A stretch of DNA of 64,000 nt from Cyanidioschyzon merolae (Eukaryota), in assembly GCA_000091205.1 (NCBI GenBank), contig AP006497.2; one strand, 5' to 3'. Positions within the stretch are counted from its first letter, which is position 1; every line of letters starts with the position of its first letter. Both the position numbers and the translations under genes were made by a program. A model generated the notes under the pieces. It was not told where the DNA came from. It ran no database searches and worked only from the letters and a program-made list of their open reading frames with translations. Of this stretch, positions 10,699 through 21,303 are shown piece by piece.

Positions 10699-10924
10699 CT
10701 CTAGTCAACGAATCGCCTCGAACATAGGAATACAGCGAGGAAGCGCTGTCAAGGAAGTGCGCAGCAGCCCTGGGGAGCGTCTCGGGCGCCGGTTTGCACC
10801 AAACGAGCTTCGCTTGCGCGCTTGCCCGCCGTCGGGTATGCCCACGGAACGTGCGACCTGTTGGGTGTAACCACGAGCACATGCTGCCGATGACAGACGC
10901 TTTCTGCTATTCTAGAGTTGCTTG

Positions 10925-11200
10925 CTACGAGGCAAGAATATCCAGCTGTGCGTTTTACGACCATATGGGAGTGGCGGCTTTGCAGCAACTGCGGGGAGAC
11001 GTTCCCTTTTTTCCTCCAGTTACTGTGTGACGCAAGCATACCATGCCGTGCTTGCTAAGATCATGCGGGAGCGGCGGCTTTTCCAGCAACTGCCCCTAGA
11101 TGCTTTCCTTTTTCCGAAGTTGCTAGGACGCAAGCACATCATGCCGCTTTTTCTATGATCATGAGTGAGCAGTGGCTTTTTGTAGAGCACGGTATGCACT
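10925..11200. repeat. Degenerate tandem repeat, unit about 100 bp, about 2.5 copies, in a convergent 3' intergenic region
   Basis: Segments gggagtggcggctttgcagcaactgcgggga...gacgcaagcataccatgccgtgcttgctaagatcatgc and gggagcggcggcttttccagcaactgcccct...gacgcaagcacatcatgccgctttttctatgatcatgag are aligned in tandem. A third partial unit, tgagcagtggctttttgtagagcacggtatgcac, follows. Confidence 0.5.
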
Positions 11201-11555
11201 CCAGAACCGCATCAAGACAACCTGTGTCGATGTGATCGCCTCGATGACGCACTCTTGACGCATGGACGCACAATTCAGAGGGTATCCCTGAGAGACACCA
11301 GTGTCAGCTGCTCAAGTCGACGAGCATAGCATGGTGCTCGTCGTTTGCTGTCGCACACGTCACCGCATCAACAAGATTGGTGCAATCCTGCAACCCGGCG
11401 ATGCTGTGTTTAAACAATAGCCGACCGAAGCACCTCCAGGCCGCGAGGTGAACGCATCCATTTGCTCAGCAGACGCGAATCTCGATTCACCATCATCACG
11501 CGCTGGTGAACCGCGCGACCGCATGATCAGGCATTCACGAAAGAAGCTTTAACGA

Positions 11556-12815
11556 TCAGGCGGCCTTTTTCTTGGCTGCGTCTATTTTCTTCTGATCCAT
11601 ATGCTTCGCATACGAATAGATGAGGGTACCACCGACGGCGAGCGCCACACCGAGCCAATTAAGCGGGCGCATGATCGTACCAAATGCGATAACACTGGAT
11701 AATATGATAGCTAAACGCTTCACGACGTTACCAATCGAGAATGTCAATGGCGAAACATCCTCCAGTACGCCATACGATGCTTCGTTGTACAAGTGATAGA
11801 GCAGACTCGCCACTGCGATGTAGCCGAACACAGTGCCAGCGCCGATTCCCGGAATGCGGGACGCGACTTTCGGTAAACCTTCAAAGAGCAACGCCATGGG
11901 CAGCTCCAAGAAGAAGCTTATGATTGTGATCAGACCGTAGGTGTTGAAGGCGGTCAAGCTGGCGTCCTTCTTGGTGTCGCCGAGACTCACCTTGGAGGTT
12001 ACGTTTCGAGCGACAAACGCAAAGTTGCTCGCCATCGCGTTCAGGAAACCAGCCATCGTAAACGTTAACTCGCTGATGGATGAGAGTGCAACCCCAACGA
12101 TAATGGGAATCATGGCAAAGTACACCATGGGCGAGTAGTACTCGTGGAGAAAGAGCGCGGAACCCAGTGCACCGACCACTGGTTCCGCCGACTTCACCGT
12201 GTGCGTGAAGGAAATCGCTACCGACGAGAAAGATAAACAACTTGTCGCATGGCCTATGGTGTGGAAGAGAGACGGCAGAATTAGAGAGCGAATGAGCTTT
12301 CCGTTCACCTGCGGACGCCGGCGCAATCCCAGCAGCCACAGCACACTCACGTAGAGCGCTCCGACGCCAAGTTGTATCGTCGATAGAACCCAAGGATACG
12401 ACCACATATTCAACGTCTTCTTGTTCACGATATTAAAAACGACATTATACAGGTACCACATGAAGAACCAAAAACCGACTTTCAAGCGCTTTCGGCTAAG
12501 GCCAAGAAACACGGGTTTCGTCTGCGCGTCACCCGCGCTTGCCGGCATCGGTGACGACGGCGATGATGCGCTCTCCACCGCACAGCACAGCGCGCGACGT
12601 GAAACACCCACAGAGTGCACTGGAGCGGAGACGGCAGCACCGACTCGGGCCGGTCTCTTGGGGAGCACAACACCCCCGCAGCGAAACGCCGGCGAACCTT
12701 GAGACGCTAACCCAGACGCAGCGTGATGCACACGACTGCGCTGCAGCGTCCCCGTACCTCCGGGATGGACAAAGCTCAAACGCGTAGTGATGCACGCCGC
12801 ACGCATGGCTAGCAC
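11556..12815 (-). CDS. Triose-phosphate/phosphate translocator family (plastidic phosphate translocator-like, DMT superfamily) with an N-terminal extension
   Basis: The TPT core is strong: FWFFMWYLYNVVFNIVNKKTLN...SFTHTVKSAEPVV...LYHLYNEASYGVLEDVSPLTFSIGNVVKRL, with two halves of about 5 TM helices each and a C-terminal KKKAA tail. About 100 aa N-terminal to the first TM segment is S/A/R-rich with few acidic residues, which looks like a presequence. An alternative start is the Met at MPASAGD. Confidence 0.85.
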   Translation of the reverse strand: MLAMRAACITTRLSFVHPGGTGTLQRSRVHHAASGLASQGSPAFRCGGVVLPKRPARVGAAVSAPVHSVGVSRRALCCAVESASSPSSPMPASAGDAQTKPVFLGLSRKRLKVGFWFFMWYLYNVVFNIVNKKTLNMWSYPWVLSTIQLGVGALYVSVLWLLGLRRRPQVNGKLIRSLILPSLFHTIGHATSCLSFSSVAISFTHTVKSAEPVVGALGSALFLHEYYSPMVYFAMIPIIVGVALSSISELTFTMAGFLNAMASNFAFVARNVTSKVSLGDTKKDASLTAFNTYGLITIISFFLELPMALLFEGLPKVASRIPGIGAGTVFGYIAVASLLYHLYNEASYGVLEDVSPLTFSIGNVVKRLAIILSSVIAFGTIMRPLNWLGVALAVGGTLIYSYAKHMDQKKIDAAKKKAA

Positions 12816-14141
12816 TGCTTCAGAAACGTACGAACAGACCAGGAGAGATACCCAGGAACAGCAACTTCAGTTTCAAGTACGATCGTTTGCACGGCGTGCG
12901 CAACGACAGGTGCGGCGTCGATGATCGCGCCCTGGGGCGTCTGTGGCGGGCGGGGCGCCTCGCACTGCGCCAGCGCACATCGCGATGCCGCACCTGCACG
13001 CATGGGCCGTACAACATAGTATAAATATGGAAGTATGTAGACGCGTGATGTGTCGCTGGGCGGCGGGTACGCCACAGCCCAGCGCAGCACACAACATATC
13101 TGGTCAGTGCGGCGACACGGGTGCGCGTACGCATTACTCGAAGCGCTCGCGGTGTCGGTATGTTCGATATTCACGAGCGGACGCTGCTCCCGGGAGAGTC
13201 GAGATCTGGGTCGGCCGGGGCGTATCGAGTGCGCCAAAGCCGCCACTGGATGCTCGAGTACGACCACCAGAGGTATCGTATGTGCCGCAGCTTGTACATT
13301 GGCGCACCACCAGAAATTGCAATCCGTACCAGAACCCTGACAAATCCTTGTTGAGTCTACCAGCGGCTATTTCTTATCCGCTCTTTCCCTATAGATACCA
13401 GGCATAGTATCCCGTACGTCTCCATCTCATCTTTCCCTATAGATACCAAGCACAGCATCTTGTATATGTCCATCTCATCCTTCCCTATAGATACCAAGCA
13501 TAGTATCCCGAATATGTCCATCTCATCCTTCCCTATAGATACCAGGCATAGTATCCCGTACGTCTCCATCTCATCTTTCCCTATAGATACCAAGCACAGC
13601 ATCATGTATATGTCCATCTCATCCTTCCCTATAGATACCAAGCATAGTATCCCGAATATCTCCATCTCATCCTTCCCTATAGATACCAAGCACAGCATCT
13701 TGTATATGTCCATCCCATCCTTCCCTATAGATACCAAGCACAGCATCATGTATATGTCCATCTCATCCTTCCCTATAGATACCAAGCACAGCATCTTGTA
13801 TATGCCCATCTCATCCTTCCCTATAGATACCAAGCACAGCATCTTGTATATGCCCATCTCATCCTTCCCTATAGATACCAAGCACAGCATCTTGTATATG
13901 TCCATCCCATCCTTCCCTATAGATACCAAGCACAGCATCTTGTATATGCCCATCTCATCCTTCCCTATAGATACCAAGCATAGTATCCCGAATATCTCCA
14001 TCATCGACATAGCAGCGTCAGCGCTATGGACACCGTGCCTCCGCTGCGTCGATGGAAACGCGCGGCCGACGGCGCATCGGCCGGAGTACGCACCTCAGAC
14101 GCGTCAACTGAACAGCTCGCTGCTGGCTGCGGTATGCGTTT
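12816..14141. promoter_or_regulatory. Divergent (head-to-head) intergenic region between the TPT and family-A DNA polymerase genes. It contains the 48-bp minisatellite.
   Basis: The region is flanked by the start codons of two oppositely oriented genes at 12815 (minus) and 14142 (plus). No coding signature apart from the repeat-maintained ORFs. Confidence 0.4.
13378..14005. repeat. Minisatellite: 48-bp unit, about 13 tandem copies, in two alternating variants
   Basis: The unit tccatctcatccttccctatagataccaagcacagcatcttgtatatg is repeated head to tail. It alternates with a variant ending ...caagcatagtatcccgaatat(g/c)tc and a caggcatagtatcccgtacgtc form. The period is divisible by 3, so ORFs persist through it on both strands. 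Confidence 0.9.
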
Positions 14142-16988
14142 ATGCGCTGCGCTGCGTCGTTTCAGAGACCCGCAGAGAGCTACCATGATCTGCAGCCTAC
14201 GCTGACATTGCGAACGGAGTGCAACCAACGCAGTTCCCCGGTGAAGCGTCTTGAAACGCGTCCAGTTATCATGCGGTTAGGCGTAGGGTCTTGCCGGTTG
14301 TGGCTGGGCGCATTCGTGTACGCACTGCGTCCCGCTCTGCGAAGAGACGGAAACGTTTGGCAGCAGTGGCGCCGGGCACATGCCCTCGTGCCTGCTGTGC
14401 CTCGACGACGCTGGCTGTGTGCGAACGCCCGCCGTTCGGCTGCTAGTACCTGGGACGAGGAAACGGACGTGGTTGGTGACGAGTTCAGCTCCGTGAACCT
14501 GGTACAGGCGAGCGCGGCAAAGATAACCGAAGGCGACGAGTTCACCGCCCAGCGACTGCAGTTGCTGAACGCGCCTGAGCGCGAGAGCGCTGCCGCCACG
14601 CTCGAAAGGTCACCGCCGCCTGGTGTAACCGTCGTGCGCAACCGCGCAAGTGCGTTGCGCGTGATTGATCGGCTTTGGCAACTTCAGAAAGAGTCGGAGC
14701 TTCTTTACGGACGTCGGGCTGCTTCGGTGCCGAGGCGATGGCGTCTCATAACGGAGGGTTGTACCCACTCGAATGGCAACGGTGTGCTCCACGAGGACAA
14801 CACGCTCCAGTGCAAGCGTCTGTATCCACCGACCGCAGCGGACTGGATGGAGCACTCGCAGTGTTATCACGCTTGGGATACGGAAACCATTGGCATTGAT
14901 CCGACAGAGGACTCCCCTGTTGGGAAAGGTCAGGTGATCTGTCTCTCGGCGTTCTGTGGGCCGCGTGTAGACTTTGGGAATGGACCCCGCCTTTGGATCG
15001 ACAATTTTGGCGACGCACAAGGTACGCTGGACTATTTCAAGTCTTATTTCGAAAATGAGGAAATTCCCAAAGTTTGGCATAACTACAGCTTCGACCGAGC
15101 GGTCCTTTATAACCACGGCATCGACTGTCGAGGATTCGGCGGCGATACCATGCACATGAGCCGACTATTGGACGCAGCGAGACTGCGTTACTCTCTGGAG
15201 GCGCTCACGGAAGACTTTCTGCTGCGGAAGAAACGCAGCATGCGGGAGCTGTTCGGTCGGCCTCGTATTTTGAAAAATGGAAAACCAGGCAAGGAGATTA
15301 TCGTACCGTCCACCAGCGAACTCCAGATGGACCCTGAGACCATGTACCACTGGGTGCAGTATAGCACCTATGATGCCGAGGCAACCTGGTATCTGCGCGA
15401 TAAATTTGAGCGTCTGCTTCGTGAACAGGAGATCCTCGGCTCGGAGCGAACCATGTATGACCTTTATACGGAATGTTTCGTTCCTTTTGGTGCGGTCTTA
15501 ACCGATATGGAACGCATCGGCTTCAAGATTGATATTGCGCGACTCCAAGATGCGCAACGTGTAGCCGAAGCCGACCGCCAACGTTACACTGCAATGTTTC
15601 GAGAATGGGCAGCGCGCTACTGTGCTGATGCAATCCACATGAATGCCGAGTCGGAGAATCAAAAGCGCCAATTCTTTTTCGCCCCGGTCCGGAACAAGAA
15701 AACCGATGAATTGTTGCCAGCAGAGCGCACTTTCGAGGTCGAGAACACGGAACAGGTCGTGGAGTCCGCGGGGAAGAAGCCCCGCAAGAAGCGAACCATA
15801 CAAATATCCGGTCTCGGGCTGCCGCCCGTGGCGTTCACTGCAAGCGGTTGGCCGGCTTGCACGGCGGTGGTGCTGCGGAAACTGGCGGGCACGCCGAGCG
15901 CGAGTCCCGCCCAGGGCGGGCTCCTGTATGACTTTCTCACCAAAGAGCGACGGGAGAGCGCGGAGGATGCGCTTGCGGCGTGCAAAGCCGTTGAGGCGCT
16001 ACTTGAGGCTGGTGCAGTCGGCACCCTGCTCGACAGTTTCATCGATCCGCTGCAGAAGATGGTGGATAAGAACCATCGCATTCATGCGTCGCTCAACTTG
16101 AACACGGAAACAGGTCGGTTGTCGTCGCGGCGGCCGAATCTGCAAAATCAACCCGCTCTAGAGAAAGATCGCTATCGTGTTCGGGATGCTTTCACTTGCG
16201 AGGAGGGCAATACGCTGATTGTAGCGGACTATGGCCAACTCGAGCTGCGATTACTTGCGCATATCGCCAACTGCCGCAGCATGATTGAGGCGTTTAAGGC
16301 TGGTGGCGACTTTCATTCGCGCACGGCGAGCAGCATGTACCCGTACATCGCAGAATCCGTTGCCCGCGGCGACGTGCTTCTTGAACCCGAGCCCAATGCC
16401 AACGGACAGGCCACTTCGTCGAAGCCGCTGCTCAAGGATGTATACGCAGGGGAGCGACGTCGGGCCAAAACACTCAATTTTTCAATCGCATACGGGAAAA
16501 CGCCAGCTGGGCTGGCGCGAGACTGGGGCACCAGCCTGAAAGAAGCTCGCGAGACCGTAGATGCTTGGTACCGGGATCGACCCGAGGTTCGTGCCTGGCA
16601 GGAGCGCGCTATTAAGTTCGCGCAAACCCATGGATTCGTGAAAACGCTGCTGGGTCGACGGCGGCCTCTGCCGGAGATCAACTCCCCGAATACGAATGCG
16701 GCTCGCCATGCGGAACGTGCAGCGATTAACACCCCTCTCCAAGGTAGCGCAGCCGATGTTGTTATGAAAGCCATGCTGCTCATTCATAGCAACGCACGTT
16801 TGGCTGAACTTGGCTGGCGAATGATCCTCCAGGTCCACGATGAGATCATCCTCGAGGGGCCCGAAGAAACAGTCGAAGAAGCGGAAGCAATTGTCGTTCG
16901 GCTTATGCGTCAACCGTTCCGTGAACCGCTGCGCGTTGACCTCGCTGTTTCGGTCGCTCACGCGAAGACGTGGTTTCGTGCAAAGTAA
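14142..16988 (+). CDS. Organellar-type family-A DNA polymerase (Pol I-like, POP-like) with a 3'-5' exonuclease domain and an N-terminal targeting-like extension
   Basis: Exo motifs: YHAWDTETIGIDP (Exo I, DxE) and YSTYDAEATWYL (Exo II). Polymerase motifs: DYGQLELRLLAHIA (motif A), RRRAKTLNFSIAYGKT (motif B) and QVHDEIILEGPEE (motif C). The N-terminal ~100 aa is R-rich and acid-poor (MRLGVGSCRLWLGAFVYALRPALRR...), consistent with an organelle presequence. Confidence 0.85.
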   Translation: MRCAASFQRPAESYHDLQPTLTLRTECNQRSSPVKRLETRPVIMRLGVGSCRLWLGAFVYALRPALRRDGNVWQQWRRAHALVPAVPRRRWLCANARRSAASTWDEETDVVGDEFSSVNLVQASAAKITEGDEFTAQRLQLLNAPERESAAATLERSPPPGVTVVRNRASALRVIDRLWQLQKESELLYGRRAASVPRRWRLITEGCTHSNGNGVLHEDNTLQCKRLYPPTAADWMEHSQCYHAWDTETIGIDPTEDSPVGKGQVICLSAFCGPRVDFGNGPRLWIDNFGDAQGTLDYFKSYFENEEIPKVWHNYSFDRAVLYNHGIDCRGFGGDTMHMSRLLDAARLRYSLEALTEDFLLRKKRSMRELFGRPRILKNGKPGKEIIVPSTSELQMDPETMYHWVQYSTYDAEATWYLRDKFERLLREQEILGSERTMYDLYTECFVPFGAVLTDMERIGFKIDIARLQDAQRVAEADRQRYTAMFREWAARYCADAIHMNAESENQKRQFFFAPVRNKKTDELLPAERTFEVENTEQVVESAGKKPRKKRTIQISGLGLPPVAFTASGWPACTAVVLRKLAGTPSASPAQGGLLYDFLTKERRESAEDALAACKAVEALLEAGAVGTLLDSFIDPLQKMVDKNHRIHASLNLNTETGRLSSRRPNLQNQPALEKDRYRVRDAFTCEEGNTLIVADYGQLELRLLAHIANCRSMIEAFKAGGDFHSRTASSMYPYIAESVARGDVLLEPEPNANGQATSSKPLLKDVYAGERRRAKTLNFSIAYGKTPAGLARDWGTSLKEARETVDAWYRDRPEVRAWQERAIKFAQTHGFVKTLLGRRRPLPEINSPNTNAARHAERAAINTPLQGSAADVVMKAMLLIHSNARLAELGWRMILQVHDEIILEGPEETVEEAEAIVVRLMRQPFREPLRVDLAVSVAHAKTWFRAK

Positions 16989-17391
16989 GGGCGAGATTCG
17001 ATGTCAGCGGCATCGGAGAAACGGGCTCATGTGCCGGCTCTGCGAAGCGTCTGCAATCGGGCGAGACTCGGCTAGAGTGCTGCAAGATATCGCAGATACG
17101 GTGCTTCGGGCAAGCCATAGATTGTGTTGCAAGCATTCGAGAAAAAACGGGCTACTTGAACGCAGTCCTTCATCGTTCGGATGTTTGTCGCATCGTGGCT
17201 GGTCTAGGATGATGCTTCACGAGGGACTGCGGTTGAGGTCGCGGACGCTGAGCCCGGTTCCTCAGGTCGATGATCTGCACGCGGTGCGACGATTGCAGTT
17301 ACAACAGCGGTGGTACTGTGCACCATCAAAGAATGGCTCACTGAGCTTTCCGGAGGATCATAAAGGCCAAAAACCCGAAATCTTCCCAAAT

Positions 17392-18762
17392 CTACGAGGA
17401 AGATTTTCTCACAAAGGGATGCTCTAAAAGAGCCGAGGCTGGTAGACGTCGGCGGCAATTGAGTTCGAGCATCTTGCTGAGGAGGTCAAAGGCCTCGTCT
17501 GGAACTTCCGTCTCGGAGGCTGTGTTCGGCCGCCTGCCCACCCGCAGCTGGAGACACAGTTGGCGCAGGTCCACTCCAGGAAAATTGTTCGCGGGAACAA
17601 AAGGGCGTCGACAGGCTTTTGCTGCGGACGCTAGTTTCTGGGTCCCGAATATCTGCTCGAGTTCCAGGAGGGCTTCTTCGTCGCTGCTCGCGCGAAAGAA
17701 CGGATATTGACATGATAGCATGGATAAAAAGATGACGCCCGCGCTCCAGACATCGATGCAGGAATCTTGATCACGATATCGCAGAAGAATTTCGGGTGCA
17801 CGAAATCCGCGAGTTCCCGCCCGCGGTGCCTCTGCCGATTCCATGGTTACTGCCCTACGTCGAGTCCGATCCTCTGTTAAACGAGAGACTTTCCATGCGG
17901 GCGCTCTAGCTGGCGTCGGTGTGAAAACGGGCGCCGTCATCGCAAGTCGCCAGTCATCCAAGCGATCGCGGTCACTGGATACCGTGTCCACTGCATTAGC
18001 TCCTGAGGAAAGTTGCCGGCAAGCGGTTTGCGCCCTGGGATCCCGCCACAAGTTTTGCCCGGAATCGCAGTCGCGGTTTCGCGTTTGCTCGGATTTCTGG
18101 GCGAGGCCAAAGTCAACAAGCACCGCGGCGTCTGGATGCTTGCGATGAAAGAGAAAATTTCCCGGTTTCACATCCCTGTGGATGATCTGATGCCGCTCCA
18201 GAACACTGAGCACGTCCAGAAGCGCGCGCATGTACACGCGCATATCGTCGATGCCCATATCCGCGATCAGGAGACGGAACGGCTCATTAGGGTAGAGCGG
18301 CATCACCATCCAGACTTCATCGTCCCGGCGAAAGATACCCTCAAGGCGCGGAATACCTTTCTCCCCTTGGAGCCCACACAGAAAGCGCACTTCCTGCTGT
18401 ATTCGTCGCGGCTCGTTCGTTTTGTAGAAGCGTTTCACGGCATATGCACGATTTTGAGCGCACGCTTGGTCCAGCACGGCCCTGTACACAGTGCTAAACG
18501 TTCCTGCACCGACGCGTTCGTGCAAAACCAGTGGCGGCCACAAGCTACCGCCTCCACCAACATTTGAAGTATCCGTATATTGGGTCTCGTCAAGGCTTTC
18601 CTGGACGTCTTTCGGAATCGCGCGGGCTGATAATTGGTTTGACGATGTGCGCGCCAACACTTTCCACCTGGCGGAAAGCGCAGCTGCACTCCAGCACAGT
18701 TCCTGATGAGCCAACCCAGATATATACGCTCGTGGTATCGCCGCTGCAGACGTAATATCCAT
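17392..18762 (-). CDS. CDC7: Ser/Thr protein kinase, Cdc7 (DDK)-like
   Basis: Kinase motifs: GAGTFSTVYRAV (G-loop), AVKRF (VAIK), HRDVKPGNFLF (catalytic loop), DFGLAQ (DFG) and AGTRGFRAPEILL. The last is the Cdc7-type activation segment. A long kinase insert lies between DFG and APE, as in Cdc7. Confidence 0.75.
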   Translation of the reverse strand: MDITSAAAIPRAYISGLAHQELCWSAAALSARWKVLARTSSNQLSARAIPKDVQESLDETQYTDTSNVGGGGSLWPPLVLHERVGAGTFSTVYRAVLDQACAQNRAYAVKRFYKTNEPRRIQQEVRFLCGLQGEKGIPRLEGIFRRDDEVWMVMPLYPNEPFRLLIADMGIDDMRVYMRALLDVLSVLERHQIIHRDVKPGNFLFHRKHPDAAVLVDFGLAQKSEQTRNRDCDSGQNLWRDPRAQTACRQLSSGANAVDTVSSDRDRLDDWRLAMTAPVFTPTPARAPAWKVSRLTEDRTRRRAVTMESAEAPRAGTRGFRAPEILLRYRDQDSCIDVWSAGVIFLSMLSCQYPFFRASSDEEALLELEQIFGTQKLASAAKACRRPFVPANNFPGVDLRQLCLQLRVGRRPNTASETEVPDEAFDLLSKMLELNCRRRLPASALLEHPFVRKSSS

Positions 18763-21303
18763 ACGAGACTACCAACTTGGCCCAGGAAAGGTTCCCAGTT
18801 GCGGATCGCTTCAGTCAGTCCAGAATAAAAGAAAAGTTCAGCACGAGAGAAACGTGCATCCGGGGTGTTACACGGCGGACAATTTTTTGAAAGCACGCAC
18901 GCACGCACGCATCGCCCGTAAGGAACGTCGCCGCGCATTGCGATCATGCAGCGCGATGCAGCGTTCGCGCCATCACGCGTTGCCGGGCAATAGGGTGCAC
19001 GATTTGCCTGTCGCGCTCGAGGTGTTTGCTTTGTACTGGATTGTACAGGAGTCCAGTGGCGCGGCTGCCATGGCGCTGCGCTCGACGCGCTCTTCGCTAC
19101 CACGACGTGCACGCGTATCGTTGCATTGAACTGCATGGCGCAGGAAAGTAGCCCGGAGAAGAGGGTATTGATACACCGGTTTGGGTTCTTCAAAATGAAG
19201 CGAACTGATCGCTGGCGCGAGCGGTATGCAGTGCGGAGGAGAGAAGTTTGTCGGTTTCGCGACGATCGCGTATTATTTGCGAGCATGGACATGTCCATCC
19301 ATGCGCAGACTCCGACCATAGAGGATTTTTGCCTGCTGGTGGGAAGTGTTCTTTCTTCTGCGCTTATTTGCAAGGAATTGCGGCTTCGACTTCGATGCGA
19401 ACGTACGCCAAAGGGTATGTTTCGGAACCAGGGTTGGTGTTTGGGTCAGTACGCCCAGAAATAGTTCACATCGTCCAGTTCGAGGCATGTCGGCTGATAC
19501 GAGCGTAGAGCAACCATGGAGAGCCTCACCAATGAACAGCATCAATTCTGAAGCACCGCAGGACTTGAGGCAGTCGCTTGGACGTAGCCTCGAGGCCGCA
19601 TGCGGCCAGGTTTCACGGGGTCCATATCGCACTTCCCGTTGGTTCGCAGAGCAGCTGGCCCGCGACCTACATAAAAGAACTCGTAAGCGATACAGCTCTC
19701 TTTATGATTCTGTTTCGGACACTCTGCTGTGGACAGAGCAATCCATCTCTGAAATGTGACGTTGATTCGTCCAGCGTTTGCACTTTGTCTTGCTGCGCGA
19801 GCTCCTTGATCACAGCCACCGCCCGGCAATGACAGATGCGATTCGATCACCGGATCGCTTGGCTTTCAATATGCCCGTCAGGGCCGGCATTGACGCCCCG
19901 TCGGCTGCACCGGATACCACGGGGAGCGCAGCGTCACAACACAGCGGCTCAGTGCATGGCATGGATGCAGCGAGTTTCCTTTCAGTCACATCACGGGCAT
20001 TGCGTCGCAAATGAGCAAGAAGCGGCGGTCACGCACCCTGTAAGGTTTGGTTACCAGCATGTCTCAGGTGGCGAGCAGTGCCAGTTCCATGTGTTCAGAC
20101 GCTCTGCTGATGGCTTGAGATGCTCTCGTGAAGGCGATCAGAAACCGAACTCGCACTGCTGGACAAGAATTTCCCTGTGACGCATGGTCGTTTCCCGTTT
20201 GAAACACATTTAAACCAAATTTGGTCCCGTGATGAACATGATAGCGTTCTTGGCGACCTGGGAGAGCCAAAGCAAGTATTTGCCTCGGTCGGCTGCCACG
20301 AGCAGCATGCTGCTTCAGAGCCGCACGGAGAGGCATGTCCCGTGGGTCACTGTACAGCCGGCAACACGACTGGGTGCACTATGTCGCTGTATTGCTTCAG
20401 TAGCCGACTCCTTAGAAGGCGTGGCGAAACAGCACGATTCCCGTCCAACGCGTGCAGTGTATAGAGTGCAACCAAAGCGCCTAAGCCTCGATTCCAATCG
20501 AGAAGCGCATGGCTACACGGGGGCAACGAGCAGTGGCCGCCCTGACGCTTGTCCGCGAGGACCTCTGCACCCCCATGCTGATGATGTCGGTGTACTGAAC
20601 GCTTCCCGGTACGGCATCGGTGTCACCAGCGGAACTCGTGTACACGTTTGACGACGCGAAAATCACGTGCAACGCTCGCAGATACAGCCGCTGAAAGCGT
20701 ACAATACACGAAACAGGCCGTGGAATTAGAGTTTCTCCGAGCGGCTCCAGACTCGGAACTCGACCGCCTGCGCAAGCATCGCGCTTCGGCGTTCCATACA
20801 AAGCGTTCTGGGTAGAGAGAGCGTTCTAACCGGACGCCATTTCCATCCCAATCTCCAATCGTTACCTTTAGGCGAGGAATAGTTCGACGCGTATCCAGGA
20901 AACGGACGGTCTAAACGGCTGCTCAACTGGAGAAGCTTCAGGAGGCACCTGCGTATTCAGGTCCAAACACCAAATCCTCGGGTATCCCGCACGGCGCTCG
21001 TTATCGGAAACGCGCGAGTTCACAGAACCTCTAACAGCACTTGGCCCCACAGGAAGCGATCGCCATCACCGGAATGCGACCCAGACGGTATCGATCGACA
21101 CCATGACCTGCAGCAGTGATCGAGCGTTGCGGGTCGCGTCGCCAGTTCCTTGCCAAACCTGGCAGGAGAGCTCCAGCCTAAGTCTAACCACGTATAGAAA
21201 TGTAAAATATTGCGTTCACCGCTCCAGATTGCACGAGTGATCACCATTTCCGTAACACCAATACGTATAATCATCAAAAAACACGACACTTGCGACTGTA
21301 GCT

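Noticed and set aside
13357-14188. 217-aa (minus) and 242-aa (plus) ORFs running through the 48-bp minisatellite
   Set aside because: Both exist only because the repeat period is a multiple of 3. Having both strands open at once argues for non-coding repeat rather than a gene. Kept as a low-probability alternative in the findings.
16313-16961. Minus-strand ORFs (156 and 159 aa) inside the DNA polymerase gene
   Set aside because: Antisense to strongly conserved polymerase motifs B and C. No independent evidence.
18435-19373. 312-aa minus-strand ORF overlapping the N-terminal end of the Cdc7-like kinase gene
   Set aside because: Different frame, same strand. R/S-rich (SSRNRQTSLLRTAYRSRQRSVRF...) with no domain. 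The kinase frame carries the real motifs.
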